DNA of 64,000 nucleotides from Bdellovibrionota bacterium FG-1 (GTDB taxonomy: Bacteria > Bdellovibrionota > UBA1018). This document shows positions 38,679-48,990 of the stretch, in pieces; position 1 is the first letter of the stretch, and each line of letters begins with the position of its first letter. Both the position numbers and the translations under genes were made by a program. Below the pieces are notes generated by a model that ran no database searches, was not told the DNA's origin, and saw only the letters and a program-made list of their open reading frames with translations. Location: contig JBBCAW010000018.1 of NCBI GenBank assembly GCA_051382295.1, positions 23,951 through 87,950 on the forward strand, written 5' to 3'.

Positions 38679-40318
38679 ATGACGGTGTCATGCAGGGCAT
38701 TTCGGTCATTTTTTTCCGGATAGTCCGTGGTGTAGTGTAGACCGCGGCTTTCTTTGCGAAGTGAAGCGCAACGGACAATCAGTTCAGCCACGGTGAGTAG
38801 ATTACGAAGTTCAACCAAATCTTTGGTGAGCAAAAAGTCCCAGTAATACGCATTCACTTCGGCCCGCAGAAGCTCAAGCCTTCTTAGCGCGCGATCAAGC
38901 CGTCGATCGCTCCGCACAATGCCAACGTAGTTCCACATGAGATAACGAATTTCGAGCCAATTGGCGGCAATATCAATCTGCTCTTCGAGCGGAGCGGCGT
39001 GGCCCACATCCCACTCGGGGAGAGTCGGAAGCAAGGCGGAGTCCACACCGGGGGCCCCCTGGCTGCGCGCCTGGATGAGGCTTTGGAGTCGGCCCAGGGA
39101 ATGCTCGACGGTGCGATGGGCAAAGACGACCGCTTCTAGTAAGGAATTGCTCGCCAGGCGATTGGCTCCATGGAGGCCGGTGCAGGCTACTTCGCCGACA
39201 GCGTACAAGCCTTCGATATTGGTCTGGGCATTGACGTCCACTAAGACGCCGCCACAGGTGTAGTGGCAGGCGGGCACGACGGGAATCGGAGTTTTGGCGA
39301 TATCCAGGCCATAACCCAAACAGGTTTCATAAATGTTCGGGAATTTTTTTCGGAGTTCATCGGCCGGAATATGCGTGGCATCCAGTACCACGTGTTTGTC
39401 GCCCGTTCGCTTCATTTCCATGTCAATCGCGCGTGCCACCACATCACGAGGGGCGAGGGAGGCCAAAGGATGATGGCGATTCATAAACTGCTCGCCTGCC
39501 AGGTTTTTTAAAATCGCCCCTTCGCCGCGCATCGCTTCCGTAATCAAAAAAGTGCGGGCACTGGGGTGATAAAGGCAGGTCGGGTGAAACTGAATGAATT
39601 CAAGATTTGCAACCTCAGCGCCTGCTCGGTGGGCCATCGCAATACCGTCGCCCGTCGAAGTATCGGGATTAGTGGTGTAGAGATAGACTTTTCCGGCGCC
39701 TCCGGTGGCGAGCACCGTGACATCCGCGCCGAAGGTCTCCACCTTGCCGGTGCGCGTGTTTAAAATGTAAGCGCCTAAACAGCGGCCGGGGCGGCGCCAT
39801 CTCTTGAGCAACTTACCCTCGGTAATGAGGTCTACGCCGATGTAGTGTTCCAAAAGACGGATATTGGGTGTTCGATAGACTTGGTCCAAAAGGGCTTTTT
39901 CGATGGCCCAGCCCGTGAGGTCATCGGCGTGTAAGATGCGACGTTGGCCATGGCCGCCCTCGCGGTGGAGTGAAAAATCATTCGAGGCCAGCTTGGTGAA
40001 CGCCACTCCCAGTTCAATCAACTCCTGAACGCGCGCGGGTCCTTCGCGGACGCAAACATCGACAATGTCCGCATGGCAAAGACCGGCTCCCGCCACGAGA
40101 GTGTCCTGGTGATGTTCCTCAAAACTGTCTTGTTTGGACCAAACCGATGCGATGCCACCTTGGGCATAGCGGGTGGCTCCTTCGGTGGCCTCTGTTTTCG
40201 CAACGAGTGTCACTTCTATGGCGTTCGGAAGAGCCTTTGCAAACTTTAAAGCAGCGCTCAGCCCGGCAATGCCGGTGCCTAGGATCAAAACCCGAGATTG
40301 TGGAGATTCCAGCGTCAT
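38675..40318 (-). CDS. nadB: L-aspartate oxidase
   Basis: GTGIAGL, YAQGGI, REGGH..RRILH, QFHPT, HYTCGG, GLHGANRLASNSL. Confidence 0.95.
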   Translation of the reverse strand: MTLESPQSRVLILGTGIAGLSAALKFAKALPNAIEVTLVAKTEATEGATRYAQGGIASVWSKQDSFEEHHQDTLVAGAGLCHADIVDVCVREGPARVQELIELGVAFTKLASNDFSLHREGGHGQRRILHADDLTGWAIEKALLDQVYRTPNIRLLEHYIGVDLITEGKLLKRWRRPGRCLGAYILNTRTGKVETFGADVTVLATGGAGKVYLYTTNPDTSTGDGIAMAHRAGAEVANLEFIQFHPTCLYHPSARTFLITEAMRGEGAILKNLAGEQFMNRHHPLASLAPRDVVARAIDMEMKRTGDKHVVLDATHIPADELRKKFPNIYETCLGYGLDIAKTPIPVVPACHYTCGGVLVDVNAQTNIEGLYAVGEVACTGLHGANRLASNSLLEAVVFAHRTVEHSLGRLQSLIQARSQGAPGVDSALLPTLPEWDVGHAAPLEEQIDIAANWLEIRYLMWNYVGIVRSDRRLDRALRRLELLRAEVNAYYWDFLLTKDLVELRNLLTVAELIVRCASLRKESRGLHYTTDYPEKNDRNALHDTVI

Positions 40319-40366
40319 AACGATTGTGTCTATGCTACCATAAACGGAGCAGAATGGGGGCCGGAA

Positions 40367-41965
40367 ATGGAAAGACGGTCAACGGCAGGAATACCGAGAT
40401 TTTGGACACTTTTGGTTTTTGCGACCATTCCGGTGGTGGCGGCCGCAGGTACGGCATTGTGGTTGGGGGTGCGGATCGCCGACGAACCCCGGCAGGAAAC
40501 CGCTCGATTAGGGACCGAGGAGGTCATCGCTCAGGATCGGCTTTTGGTCGATGCTGTTTGGAGCGCGATCGAAACAGTCAAAACGCAGGCTTTGGCTTTG
40601 TGGCAAATCAGGCAACTTCAAGCCCGTCTGGGGGTTCCTGCGGCAATTCCTGAGGGACGTGTTTTGCATTGGGCCGAAATCGAGGTTCAAGCGGACTCCT
40701 TGGGAGCCGTCAAGCAGACGGTGGCTAATCCGTCTTTACGGCTGGGGGCGGTCGGCTCGGATGCCGCGCAGTTTGAAAAAGATTATCTAGAAAATACGCT
40801 AAAACAGGTTCATTTGGATGAAATCCGTGAAAACGGCGTTGGTTTCGTGCGGGTCAAGCAAGATCCCGCTCGACGTCCCGAGTGGTTGGGAATGGCGTTT
40901 CTGGCCTCAGAGACGAGTTTGGTCTTAGTTCTAGTGGATCCGGTGGAGGCGATGCCGATTTTTCGAAGATGGACTACGCGGAGTGAGGGCGGAAATTTGC
41001 GCGGTTATCTCGTTGCTGCAGACGGCGCGGTGTTAGCCCATTCGCAAAGATCCTATGTTTCCGCGAATTTCGCGGCAACCCAGGTTTTTCAAGAGGGGGT
41101 CCGAAATCTTCTTTCTGGACGCGTGGTGAGCGGCGCGGGCACTTATAAGGGCATTGATGGAATGCTGGTGAGCGTGGCTTACGCGCGTCCGGGGTCATTA
41201 CCCGTGGCTGCCGTGGTGGAGCGGGTCTTGCCAGCGCCCTTGCCTTCGTTGTTCAATGCGCCCCTTCAGAGGATATCTCACGCGCCGATTGAGATTTTGG
41301 CGGCTTTTGGCTTATTGGGAGTGGTTTGGATTGCGACCGCTCTGGGTATTTGGATGCTTTTGAGAGGGGTTATTCGTCAAGAGGGCGTAGCACCAGATTT
41401 AGAGGCTGAACCGCGAGTCGGGTCGCCCGAACGACGTGAACTACCTCCCGAATTCGGTGAGGATCTCGAAGATCAATTTGTGCGGGATGTTATTTTTGCG
41501 ACAAAAACATCTGGATCTGAGCTGGGGGGGGCTGTCATACCCTTGATCAAGGCGAGAAATCTTGCTTATAAGGCGGCCGCGGTCGCCGGGGCTCCGGCCT
41601 TGTTTTTTGGGTATTTGCCGGCTTCGAGTTCAGCAGTGCTTCAGGCTCAATCTGGGTTTGAGCCGGGGGAACAGCTGGATGTTCGGGGGATGTCTTTTCC
41701 GGTGAGTTCAGTTATGTTGGAGAGGGTTGCCAGGTACCGGCGCGAAGGTCGAACCGCCTCGTTGTCGGATGATCCGGGTTTGGCGTTGCTTTTGGCTAAG
41801 CGTTTAGCGAGTCCTTGTTGTGACGCTTGGCCAGTGACTGATGTGGAGGGAGCCTTGCTGGGAATTTTGGTGGTTCCTCGTAAGGGGGTACACACCATCC
41901 TCCACTCGTCGCCAACGGCCCACGATCCAGTCCTGGGTACCAGTACGGAAGTTTTGCATGTCTAG
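40367..41965 (+). CDS. Membrane protein with periplasmic Cache-like domain and GAF-like cytoplasmic tail
   Basis: Two TM segments; YLVAADGAVLAH...Y.GIDG..VSVAY Cache pattern; no output domain recognised. Overlaps the alr start by 8 nt. Confidence 0.55.
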   Translation: MERRSTAGIPRFWTLLVFATIPVVAAAGTALWLGVRIADEPRQETARLGTEEVIAQDRLLVDAVWSAIETVKTQALALWQIRQLQARLGVPAAIPEGRVLHWAEIEVQADSLGAVKQTVANPSLRLGAVGSDAAQFEKDYLENTLKQVHLDEIRENGVGFVRVKQDPARRPEWLGMAFLASETSLVLVLVDPVEAMPIFRRWTTRSEGGNLRGYLVAADGAVLAHSQRSYVSANFAATQVFQEGVRNLLSGRVVSGAGTYKGIDGMLVSVAYARPGSLPVAAVVERVLPAPLPSLFNAPLQRISHAPIEILAAFGLLGVVWIATALGIWMLLRGVIRQEGVAPDLEAEPRVGSPERRELPPEFGEDLEDQFVRDVIFATKTSGSELGGAVIPLIKARNLAYKAAAVAGAPALFFGYLPASSSAVLQAQSGFEPGEQLDVRGMSFPVSSVMLERVARYRREGRTASLSDDPGLALLLAKRLASPCCDAWPVTDVEGALLGILVVPRKGVHTILHSSPTAHDPVLGTSTEVLHV

Positions 41966-43163
41966 TCGAAGTTCGATCGACAAAAGTCGTATTCATCGGT
42001 ACCGGAATTTTGGGGCTGCGCAAGATGACGTCGTCGCTCCCCGCGCGGTTCTCGAGCTGGATGGGAAAGCTCTTCAAAATAACTACAAAGCCATCTGTGA
42101 CCTGGTGCCCGATCAGGCGATTTTACCCATGGTCAAGGCAGATGCCTATGGGCATGGCGCGGATTGGGCGGCCGGTCTATTGACGGGGTTTTCGCGTCTT
42201 TTCGGTTTTGGCGTGGCCACGCTCGAGGAGGGGGCGGCCTTGCGTGCGGTTTTGGGGGTACGAGGTCGGCGCATTCGGATTGTCGTTTTCTCTGGAGCGA
42301 TCCCTTGGACCGAGCAAAAAGGTCATTATTGTGAGACGCATGGCCTGACTCCTGTGATTGCGGATGACGACGATTGGAAGGCCTTTGTGACGCAGCAATG
42401 GCCTGGCAGGATTTCTTATCAAATCAAATTCAATACCGGGATGAATCGGCTGGGTTTGAGTCCGTCGATGGTTCGAGTCGTGATTAAAGGACTTCAGGGG
42501 TTGCCACCGGAAGCTCATCCCGAGGCGGTCTTGACCCATATGGCGATGAGTGAAACGCCAGACTCTAGGCTGAGTCAAATGCAGCTCGAGCGATTTATTG
42601 CGATTAAATCCGAACTGACTACGGCCTTTCCCGCGACCTTGTTTCATTTGGCCAATAGCGGGGCGATATGGAATCAAAAGCGCTTTGGCCTCAGTGGTTT
42701 AACTGACATTGTGCGTCCCGGCCTAGCCCTTTACGGCGTGGCTCCTTGGGCCGATGCTCCTTCGCGGGGTTTGTTACCTGTGATGACTTTTAAGGCGCGA
42801 GTGGTGGCGCATCATTTGCTCAAGCCGGGAGAAAGTATTGGCTATGGAGCGACTTACAAAGTTTCTTCCAAAGCCACTGAAACGGTTTCGGCCGCGATTC
42901 TTTCGGCCGGTTATGCGGACGGGATTCAGCGGATGCTTTCTAATCAGGGCTACGCGTGGTTAAATGGGCGCTCGACTCGTTTTTTAGGAATGGTGAGTAT
43001 GGATCTTTCGGCGGTGGTCGCAGTGCCCTTCACGCGAGTGGGGGATATGGCTGAAATCATTGGCCCCCATGTTGATCTTTGGGCGCAGTCCAGGGCGGCC
43101 GGAACTATTCCCTATGAGCTTTTGACGTCTTTATCGGCACGGGTACAAAGAACTTATGTCTAA
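41958..43163 (+). CDS. alr: Alanine racemase
   Basis: MVKADAYGHG (PLP Lys), KFNTGMNRLG, VRPGLALYG, GYADG, SMD, GTIPYE. Confidence 0.95.
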   Translation: MSSRSSIDKSRIHRYRNFGAAQDDVVAPRAVLELDGKALQNNYKAICDLVPDQAILPMVKADAYGHGADWAAGLLTGFSRLFGFGVATLEEGAALRAVLGVRGRRIRIVVFSGAIPWTEQKGHYCETHGLTPVIADDDDWKAFVTQQWPGRISYQIKFNTGMNRLGLSPSMVRVVIKGLQGLPPEAHPEAVLTHMAMSETPDSRLSQMQLERFIAIKSELTTAFPATLFHLANSGAIWNQKRFGLSGLTDIVRPGLALYGVAPWADAPSRGLLPVMTFKARVVAHHLLKPGESIGYGATYKVSSKATETVSAAILSAGYADGIQRMLSNQGYAWLNGRSTRFLGMVSMDLSAVVAVPFTRVGDMAEIIGPHVDLWAQSRAAGTIPYELLTSLSARVQRTYV

Positions 43164-43932
43164 TGCGGTTACTAACAACATTCGGTTTGAAAACGTCCAT
43201 AAATCCTTTCGAGATGGGCGCGATAAAGTTCTCCGGGGGATTGATCTGGAACTTCCAGCGGGGCAATTGACCTATATTTTGGGTTCTTCGGGCGCGGGCA
43301 AGTCCGTCATGATTAAGCATATTTTGGGGCTTTTGCACCCCGATCAAGGGCGGGTTTTCGTAGCGGGGCAAGACATGTCCCGCTTGCGCGGCAGAGCTCG
43401 CTCGGCTTTTCGAAAAATATTTGGGATGCTTTTTCAAAATTCGGCCCTTTTTGATGACATGACGATTTACGAAAACGTGGCTTTTCCGTTGCGTGAACAT
43501 ACGACTCTGACGGAAGAGGAAATTCTCGAAAAGGTCACCAAAAACTTGACTATTTTGGGAATGCCCCGGGGCTATGACAAGTTTCCCAATGAACTTTCTG
43601 GCGGCATGAAAAAGCGAGTGGGCCTGGCGCGAGCCATTATTCGGGAACCTTCCGTTTTGCTTTATGACGAGCCGACGACAGGGCTAGATCCCGTGACTCG
43701 TACGACGGTGGACGAGCTGATTGAAACCCTTAAAAGGGAGCTCACACTCACCTCAGTGGTGATTAGTCACGATATTCCTTCCGCCTTGCTTTTGGCTGAT
43801 CGAATTGCCTTCTTACATCAGGGGGAGATTGTATTTTGGGGAGTGCCCAAAGATTTCAGAAAATCCGAACATTCGGCGATTCAAGCATTTTTGAAAGCAG
43901 AAGAGCGAACTCTTCGCGCGTTTGAAGTTTAA
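43156..43932 (+). CDS. mlaF: MlaF-type ABC ATP-binding protein
   Basis: GSSGAGKS, FQNSALFD.MT.YENVAFPLRE, ELSGGMKKRVGLARA, YDEPTTGLDP, SHD. Confidence 0.85.
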   Translation: MSNAVTNNIRFENVHKSFRDGRDKVLRGIDLELPAGQLTYILGSSGAGKSVMIKHILGLLHPDQGRVFVAGQDMSRLRGRARSAFRKIFGMLFQNSALFDDMTIYENVAFPLREHTTLTEEEILEKVTKNLTILGMPRGYDKFPNELSGGMKKRVGLARAIIREPSVLLYDEPTTGLDPVTRTTVDELIETLKRELTLTSVVISHDIPSALLLADRIAFLHQGEIVFWGVPKDFRKSEHSAIQAFLKAEERTLRAFEV

Positions 43933-43959
43933 ATTCTCGCCGGCCCCAGGTAATCTAGA

Positions 43960-44427
43960 GTGAACATGGAGCAATGGTTGATTCGTACAGCAAGCGGTTT
44001 TGTGGCGGGACCCTACCCACGGCCGCAAATTATTGAGCTGATTCAGAGCGGAAAGCTGGGTCTGCAGGACGAGGTTTGTTGCGCAAATGGGTATTGGGTG
44101 TCTCTTCATGAGTATCAGGAAGTCGAGCGTCAGCTCGGCATTCGGATGCCTCGCGCGCCGGGCGACCCGGGTGAGGAAGAAGAGATCACTGAAACCCAAA
44201 CCGAAAGTGTCAAAACTCAGACTGGCCTTCAACCCATTCTTTCTGCCTCCCTTCCAGGGACTCCCCGTTCCGGCGGGTCGTTGGCGCCGCAGGAGTTTGC
44301 GCCTCGAATGAGGGTGAGTCCCTCAATTGAAACACCTTCAATTTGGCGAGGATTAGCTTGGGTTTTGGTCGTGATGATTTGCGGGATTGTCGTGGCGGTG
44401 CTGAGAATTCTCAGGTCTTCGGCTTAA
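43960..44427 (+). CDS. GYF-like domain membrane protein
   Basis: WLIRT....AGPY......LI..G.L...DEV......W followed by a C-terminal TM. Confidence 0.6.
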   Translation: MNMEQWLIRTASGFVAGPYPRPQIIELIQSGKLGLQDEVCCANGYWVSLHEYQEVERQLGIRMPRAPGDPGEEEEITETQTESVKTQTGLQPILSASLPGTPRSGGSLAPQEFAPRMRVSPSIETPSIWRGLAWVLVVMICGIVVAVLRILRSSA

Positions 44428-45778
44428 AGAGTTCGTAAAGTCTTCGAACAATGGCGGGGTCGTATTTGTGTCCTTCTTCGCCCACCGGGATATCGTCATA
44501 GATTTTTTGGATGGCTTGAAGCGGGCTCATAGGGGGGACTCCCTCACGGGGAGTAATCATGGAGACTAATTCATCGGCCAAGGCTAGAATCTGGGCTTCG
44601 GGGCGTATTTTCGTGCCGCGGAGTTTGTCGGGATAGCCGTTTCCATCGTAGCGTTCGTGGTGTTGAGCGACGATTTTTAGCACAATTTCAGGGATGACCA
44701 TTTTTCGAGTTTGGATCAAATGGACCGAAATTTTGGGGTGCTGTTGATAGGTGGCGGTTTCTTCGGGGGTGCGGTTAATTTCGAATTTTGATTGAATTTC
44801 AGCCGGAATTTCGGAGATGCCGATGTCGTGAAGAAGTCCGGCCATAGCCAGGTTTTCAGGGTTACCGATGCCTAAAGCCATTGAAAACATCGCTGAGAAG
44901 GTCGCGACGTTCGAGGCCATGGTATAGATCGTGTTATCGCTCTGACTCAGTTGGATCATCTTCTCATACCAATTGGTGTCCGCACCCGAGACTGAGGATA
45001 AAATGTAAGCTTTGACGATCTCTTCGCAGTCTTTGACGACGGTCTTGCCTTTTTCGAAGCTCTGATCCGCGCTCGAATCCTGGAAAATATCGCTGATGAG
45101 TTCACGAACCGCGCCCGACATTCGATCGCGTTTTTCAGTCGCACTTAAGGTATTGGACTGTCCGAGATTTTTGAGTTGTTGCGCAGTCCATTGATAAAAC
45201 TTTTCCATATCGTCGGCATTGATATGTAAATTTCCGACTTTATGTTTTTGAAATTTTTCGATGCGCTCAGCATCCAGTTGATCACCGGGATTGGTCATCC
45301 GGATATGTTTCTTGTTGGTCGGAAGGTAAATGTAGGTGTCAAAATCGAGCGCTTGCCCCGGCTGCATATCGACCAGTTTAACGGATCGATAGACTCGTGA
45401 GCCATCCAGGCGGGCGGTCATTTCCTGAAAGGTGGTCGTAAAGGTGGGAGAGTCCAAAGGGAGCAAAAATGCGTCGGTAAAACCGTTTTTGATGTAGTCC
45501 TTGCGGATAAAACCGGTGCGGTTGGTGGTGAGATAATAGATCGCGGTGTCGGGATAGGTCATGCGCAAAAACTGGGCGACTTCGTTGAGGGCAACGCCGG
45601 AAGGAGGGGGGCCACAAACAATGATTCGGACCGCCGCGGTCGCGTTCATTTCCATCAGCTTTTCAAGGTCGTTTTCCCATTGGGCAATAGCTCTCCCTTT
45701 GGCTGCGGCCGTTAGAACGCTTTCGGAGATGGAGTCTAGACCGAATGAGACGACTTGTGCGCTGCTGGTTTGATTCAT
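44411..45778 (-). CDS. HD-GYP domain protein with a degenerate N-terminal receiver-like domain
   Basis: LLHDIG, HP, HHERYDGNGYP, ILALAD. Confidence 0.85.
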   Translation of the reverse strand: MNQTSSAQVVSFGLDSISESVLTAAAKGRAIAQWENDLEKLMEMNATAAVRIIVCGPPPSGVALNEVAQFLRMTYPDTAIYYLTTNRTGFIRKDYIKNGFTDAFLLPLDSPTFTTTFQEMTARLDGSRVYRSVKLVDMQPGQALDFDTYIYLPTNKKHIRMTNPGDQLDAERIEKFQKHKVGNLHINADDMEKFYQWTAQQLKNLGQSNTLSATEKRDRMSGAVRELISDIFQDSSADQSFEKGKTVVKDCEEIVKAYILSSVSGADTNWYEKMIQLSQSDNTIYTMASNVATFSAMFSMALGIGNPENLAMAGLLHDIGISEIPAEIQSKFEINRTPEETATYQQHPKISVHLIQTRKMVIPEIVLKIVAQHHERYDGNGYPDKLRGTKIRPEAQILALADELVSMITPREGVPPMSPLQAIQKIYDDIPVGEEGHKYDPAIVRRLYELFKPKT

Positions 45779-45782
45779 CGAT

Positions 45783-46190
45783 TCACTTAGGGGCGGCCGC
45801 CAAGAGTTTTACGTGCACTTGTTCGAGTTTTTGCTTCAAAATATCGGCCGTAAAGGGTTTGACCACATAGTTATTCACCCCCGCTTTGACGGCTTCTACA
45901 ATCTGGTGTTGTTCTGCTTCGGCGGTGACTAAAACAAACGGTGTTTTGGCTTGCTTGGCATCCCCGCGAACCCGCTTGAGTAAATCCAGCCCGGAGCAAT
46001 TGGGCATGTTCCAGTCTGAGATAATCAGCCCAAAAGGGGGGTTGGCTGAAATAATGGTTTGCCAGGCGAGGGCTCCGTCAGCGGCCTCGGTCAAATCGGT
46101 AAAGCCTAGTTCTCTGCAGACTTTTGAGACGAGCTTTCGCATCGTGAGCATATCATCAACGACGAGGATGCGGGTTTTTGGATCAAACAT
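45783..46190 (-). CDS. cheY: CheY-like single-domain response regulator
   Basis: ILVVDDMLTMRK, ISDWNMP, VTAE, YVVKPF. Confidence 0.85.
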   Translation of the reverse strand: MFDPKTRILVVDDMLTMRKLVSKVCRELGFTDLTEAADGALAWQTIISANPPFGLIISDWNMPNCSGLDLLKRVRGDAKQAKTPFVLVTAEAEQHQIVEAVKAGVNNYVVKPFTADILKQKLEQVHVKLLAAAPK

Positions 46191-46270
46191 TTTCTCTTCC
46201 TTTCGTACCGGCCATGCGGGTCATGGGTACCCAGTAACTCTAACAATTTAATAATTTTTTTGAAATGCCT

Positions 46271-46762
46271 TTACGACAGGGATTTGGTTTCCATGCTAAT
46301 TTCAATATGAAAGTCCCCTGCAGGAGTAACAAACGGCAAGACTATGACTTGTCCTGAACCAATATAACTGGTCTGCAAGGATTCGCCCCGAATGACTGTC
46401 GGGATAGCCTTTTGAATGGTGTACCCTTGCTTGTTCAGAATGGCCTTTGCGCTTCCAAAGATAATATTGAGCAGCTCGGCCGCGCCATCCTGGAGTTCCT
46501 GGGTGATTTCGGTGTATTTTTCGCCCAGCATATTGCTCATTAAAGTCAAGTAAACGACCGCAGGAAAGCAAATTGTGATATTTCCTGCAAAAGTTTCACT
46601 GGTGAGGCCAATGACTCCGGCGATCTCAAATTTGGGTTGTGGCTGAGTTCCTTTGATAAACGGCTTGGCGTGGGTTGCCTCCAATTGACACTGAATCTTT
46701 AAGGTGTTTAGTGTTCCATCGATAAAAGGTTTGAAGAAATTGACATCCAGTTGCGGCATCAC
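46271..46762 (-). CDS. cheX: CheX chemotaxis phosphatase
   Basis: GVIGLTS, ELLNIIFG (ExxN motif), PTVIRG. Confidence 0.85.
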   Translation of the reverse strand: MMPQLDVNFFKPFIDGTLNTLKIQCQLEATHAKPFIKGTQPQPKFEIAGVIGLTSETFAGNITICFPAVVYLTLMSNMLGEKYTEITQELQDGAAELLNIIFGSAKAILNKQGYTIQKAIPTVIRGESLQTSYIGSGQVIVLPFVTPAGDFHIEISMETKSLS

Positions 46763-46862
46763 CTGAGTCCTTTCCGTATGATGTAGATTTTAAATACTTT
46801 TTCAAAAAAAAGTGTATTTTTCGTACGTAGGGTAAAGATTTAAGTCCCTTGCCTTCACACAG

Positions 46863-47207
46863 TTATTTTTTTGTCGGAGGGGAGGGAGACAAGACAAAGA
46901 AAAGGTCGGTCAGCGGCGGCTCGAACCCCAAAACCACAGATTGGTTTTGGTGGTTGGGAGCGACGCCATTGAGGATGTCAAGGATCTGACGTTTTCGGTG
47001 ATGGAGTTCAGATTTCCAGATGGGATGATCGACTTCGACGCATAGCACAGAGTCTTGCACTCGGATAGCGCGAGAGTGTTTGGCAATCGCCGGGCCTACC
47101 GCTTTGTCCCAGCGGCCCAGCGCTTGAGCTTCGTCCATTCGGCGGGTTAGCAAAGGGTAACGCGCGCCCGCCTTTTTTAGGATATCTAAAAGGCGATCAA
47201 AGGCCAT
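46863..47207 (-). CDS. dciA: DUF721/DciA helicase-loader protein
   Basis: WDKAVGPAIAKHS......L.VEV....WKSEL....IL..LN. Confidence 0.75.
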   Translation of the reverse strand: MAFDRLLDILKKAGARYPLLTRRMDEAQALGRWDKAVGPAIAKHSRAIRVQDSVLCVEVDHPIWKSELHHRKRQILDILNGVAPNHQNQSVVLGFEPPLTDLFFVLSPSPPTKK

Positions 47208-47280
47208 AAAAGCAGGTGAGATGGGCTTGCATTATTGAGTTCACTCTGATGATGATCATCATGAAAAAATAGGAAAGAAA

Positions 47281-47907
47281 ATGAGATTCCTTTTAAATTT
47301 CTTTATTACTGTGCTGGTTTTAGGGAACCTTGTGGGATGCGGCTACGCCTTTCAAGGAACTAAAAATGAGCTTTTGACAAAAGAGCATGTATCTACCATC
47401 TATGTGAAACCATTAACAAATAGTACTTATCAACCCGGGGTAGAAAACGTTGTCTATAACGCATTGGTCCGCATTTTATTGGCTCATGGTCAGGTGCGTG
47501 TCGTCAATAAACCGGAGCAAGCCGATGCGATTTTGTCAGGGTCAGTGGGGACCGCTCAGTATTCTGTGTTAGCTCCGACTCCGGTAGGGACCTATGGGCA
47601 ACCCATCAATTATGGCTTTGGTGGCCCAACCACGTCTTTGGCTGAGTTACCCATAGCATCCGGTTATACGGCGAGCTTGGGCTGCAGCTTTGCTTTAACT
47701 CGGGTCAAGGTGCTTCCGGGAATGATAACGGCATCTCTTTGGTCGGGGTCTTTTTCAAAAGATAAGCCATTTCCGGGTTCAAATCATATAGACGTTCCCG
47801 GAACAACCTCCGCTCTCATTAACGCGAGTGAGTTTGATCGTGCGGTGGGCGAGCTTGCAGTCAGTATGATGGAGGACGTTCATGAATCGATGTTGGCGCG
47901 ATTCTGA
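47281..47907 (+). CDS. lptE: LPS assembly lipoprotein LptE-like
   Basis: Lipobox LVGCGY; IYV.PL.N.T..PG.E; ADAILSG; adjacent to holA, the usual synteny. Confidence 0.7.
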   Translation: MRFLLNFFITVLVLGNLVGCGYAFQGTKNELLTKEHVSTIYVKPLTNSTYQPGVENVVYNALVRILLAHGQVRVVNKPEQADAILSGSVGTAQYSVLAPTPVGTYGQPINYGFGGPTTSLAELPIASGYTASLGCSFALTRVKVLPGMITASLWSGSFSKDKPFPGSNHIDVPGTTSALINASEFDRAVGELAVSMMEDVHESMLARF

Positions 47908-47921
47908 CGGAGGGCACACCC

Positions 47922-48935
47922 ATGCCTAAGATGGATCCCAAACAAGTTCAAAAAGAGTTGGATTCGGGGCTGCTTTGGCCGGTTTATTGGCTTTACGGAT
48001 CCGAGCGGATGAAGTCACGTGAAGTGTTGAGCCGGATTCGAAAGGTGGCTCTCGGTGAAACCATCCAAGTGTTTTGCGCAGAAACCCTTTTAGAGGGCGC
48101 GGAGGTGGATGTACCCACGATTTTAGATGCAGCTCTGAGTCCTTCGTTAGGTGGGGGGGTGCGCTTGATCGTCGTGCGGGATGCCCACCTGGTTAAGGAA
48201 TCTGAAGACTTAGTCCCTCTCTTGGGCGTTAAGGCCAAAGCCGAGCAACTCATGAGCGTGGTCGTGTTTTTGTCCAAAGACTTGGACGGCCGCAAAAAAT
48301 TCTCGAAAACTCTGGTGGAAAAAGCCGCCGTGGTAAGTTGTGAAGAAGTGGGCGAGGCGGAGCGCGAAGCTTGGATTCAATATCTTGCTAAGAAGAAGGG
48401 GCTTCAGCTTGCACCCGAATCCAGCGCGCAGCTCAGTACCTTGGATCCTTGGTCTTTGGATATTGTCGATCAGGAGCTCGAGAAACTCGCACTTTCGCAA
48501 CTCGGGGGCGGGGGCACTGAGGTTCTGTTGGTGGATGATTTGAGTTTTGGGGCGAGGGGCGGCGCAGATGCGTTTTTGGACGCGTTTTTTCACAAAAATT
48601 TGAAGCAGGCTATGGAACGCGTGGCGTCCTTTGCGGATCAGCCTGATGAAGCGTTGCCGCTTTTGGGGCTTTTTTCGTGGAATGTCCGGCAATTGGCTTT
48701 GATTGTTTATGATCAGCAGCAAGGGTCCCGTTCTGCGCGGATGAATCCCTATCTGGCGGAGCGTTTTAAGCGTTGGGCTCCACGTTGGACCTTAGATGAA
48801 GTGTGCGAGCTTCAGCATCGATTGGCTGAGGTCGATTTTGGTTTTAAACAGACACCGTTGCTTCCGCTGGGGTTGTGGAGTGGCTTAGTGCAGGAGTTTT
48901 GTAAGGTTTCCCCTGTGTTAAATAGGACACATTGA
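47922..48935 (+). CDS. holA: DNA polymerase III delta subunit
   Basis: PVYWLYGSE, SLGGG.RLIVVRDA, LDGRKK, QELEKL; follows lptE. Confidence 0.85.
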   Translation: MPKMDPKQVQKELDSGLLWPVYWLYGSERMKSREVLSRIRKVALGETIQVFCAETLLEGAEVDVPTILDAALSPSLGGGVRLIVVRDAHLVKESEDLVPLLGVKAKAEQLMSVVVFLSKDLDGRKKFSKTLVEKAAVVSCEEVGEAEREAWIQYLAKKKGLQLAPESSAQLSTLDPWSLDIVDQELEKLALSQLGGGGTEVLLVDDLSFGARGGADAFLDAFFHKNLKQAMERVASFADQPDEALPLLGLFSWNVRQLALIVYDQQQGSRSARMNPYLAERFKRWAPRWTLDEVCELQHRLAEVDFGFKQTPLLPLGLWSGLVQEFCKVSPVLNRTH

Positions 48936-48990
48936 CTCGGTTGAGCGATCTGCTAATCTTTTATCTCCCGGATACCGATCTGAAGTAAGG

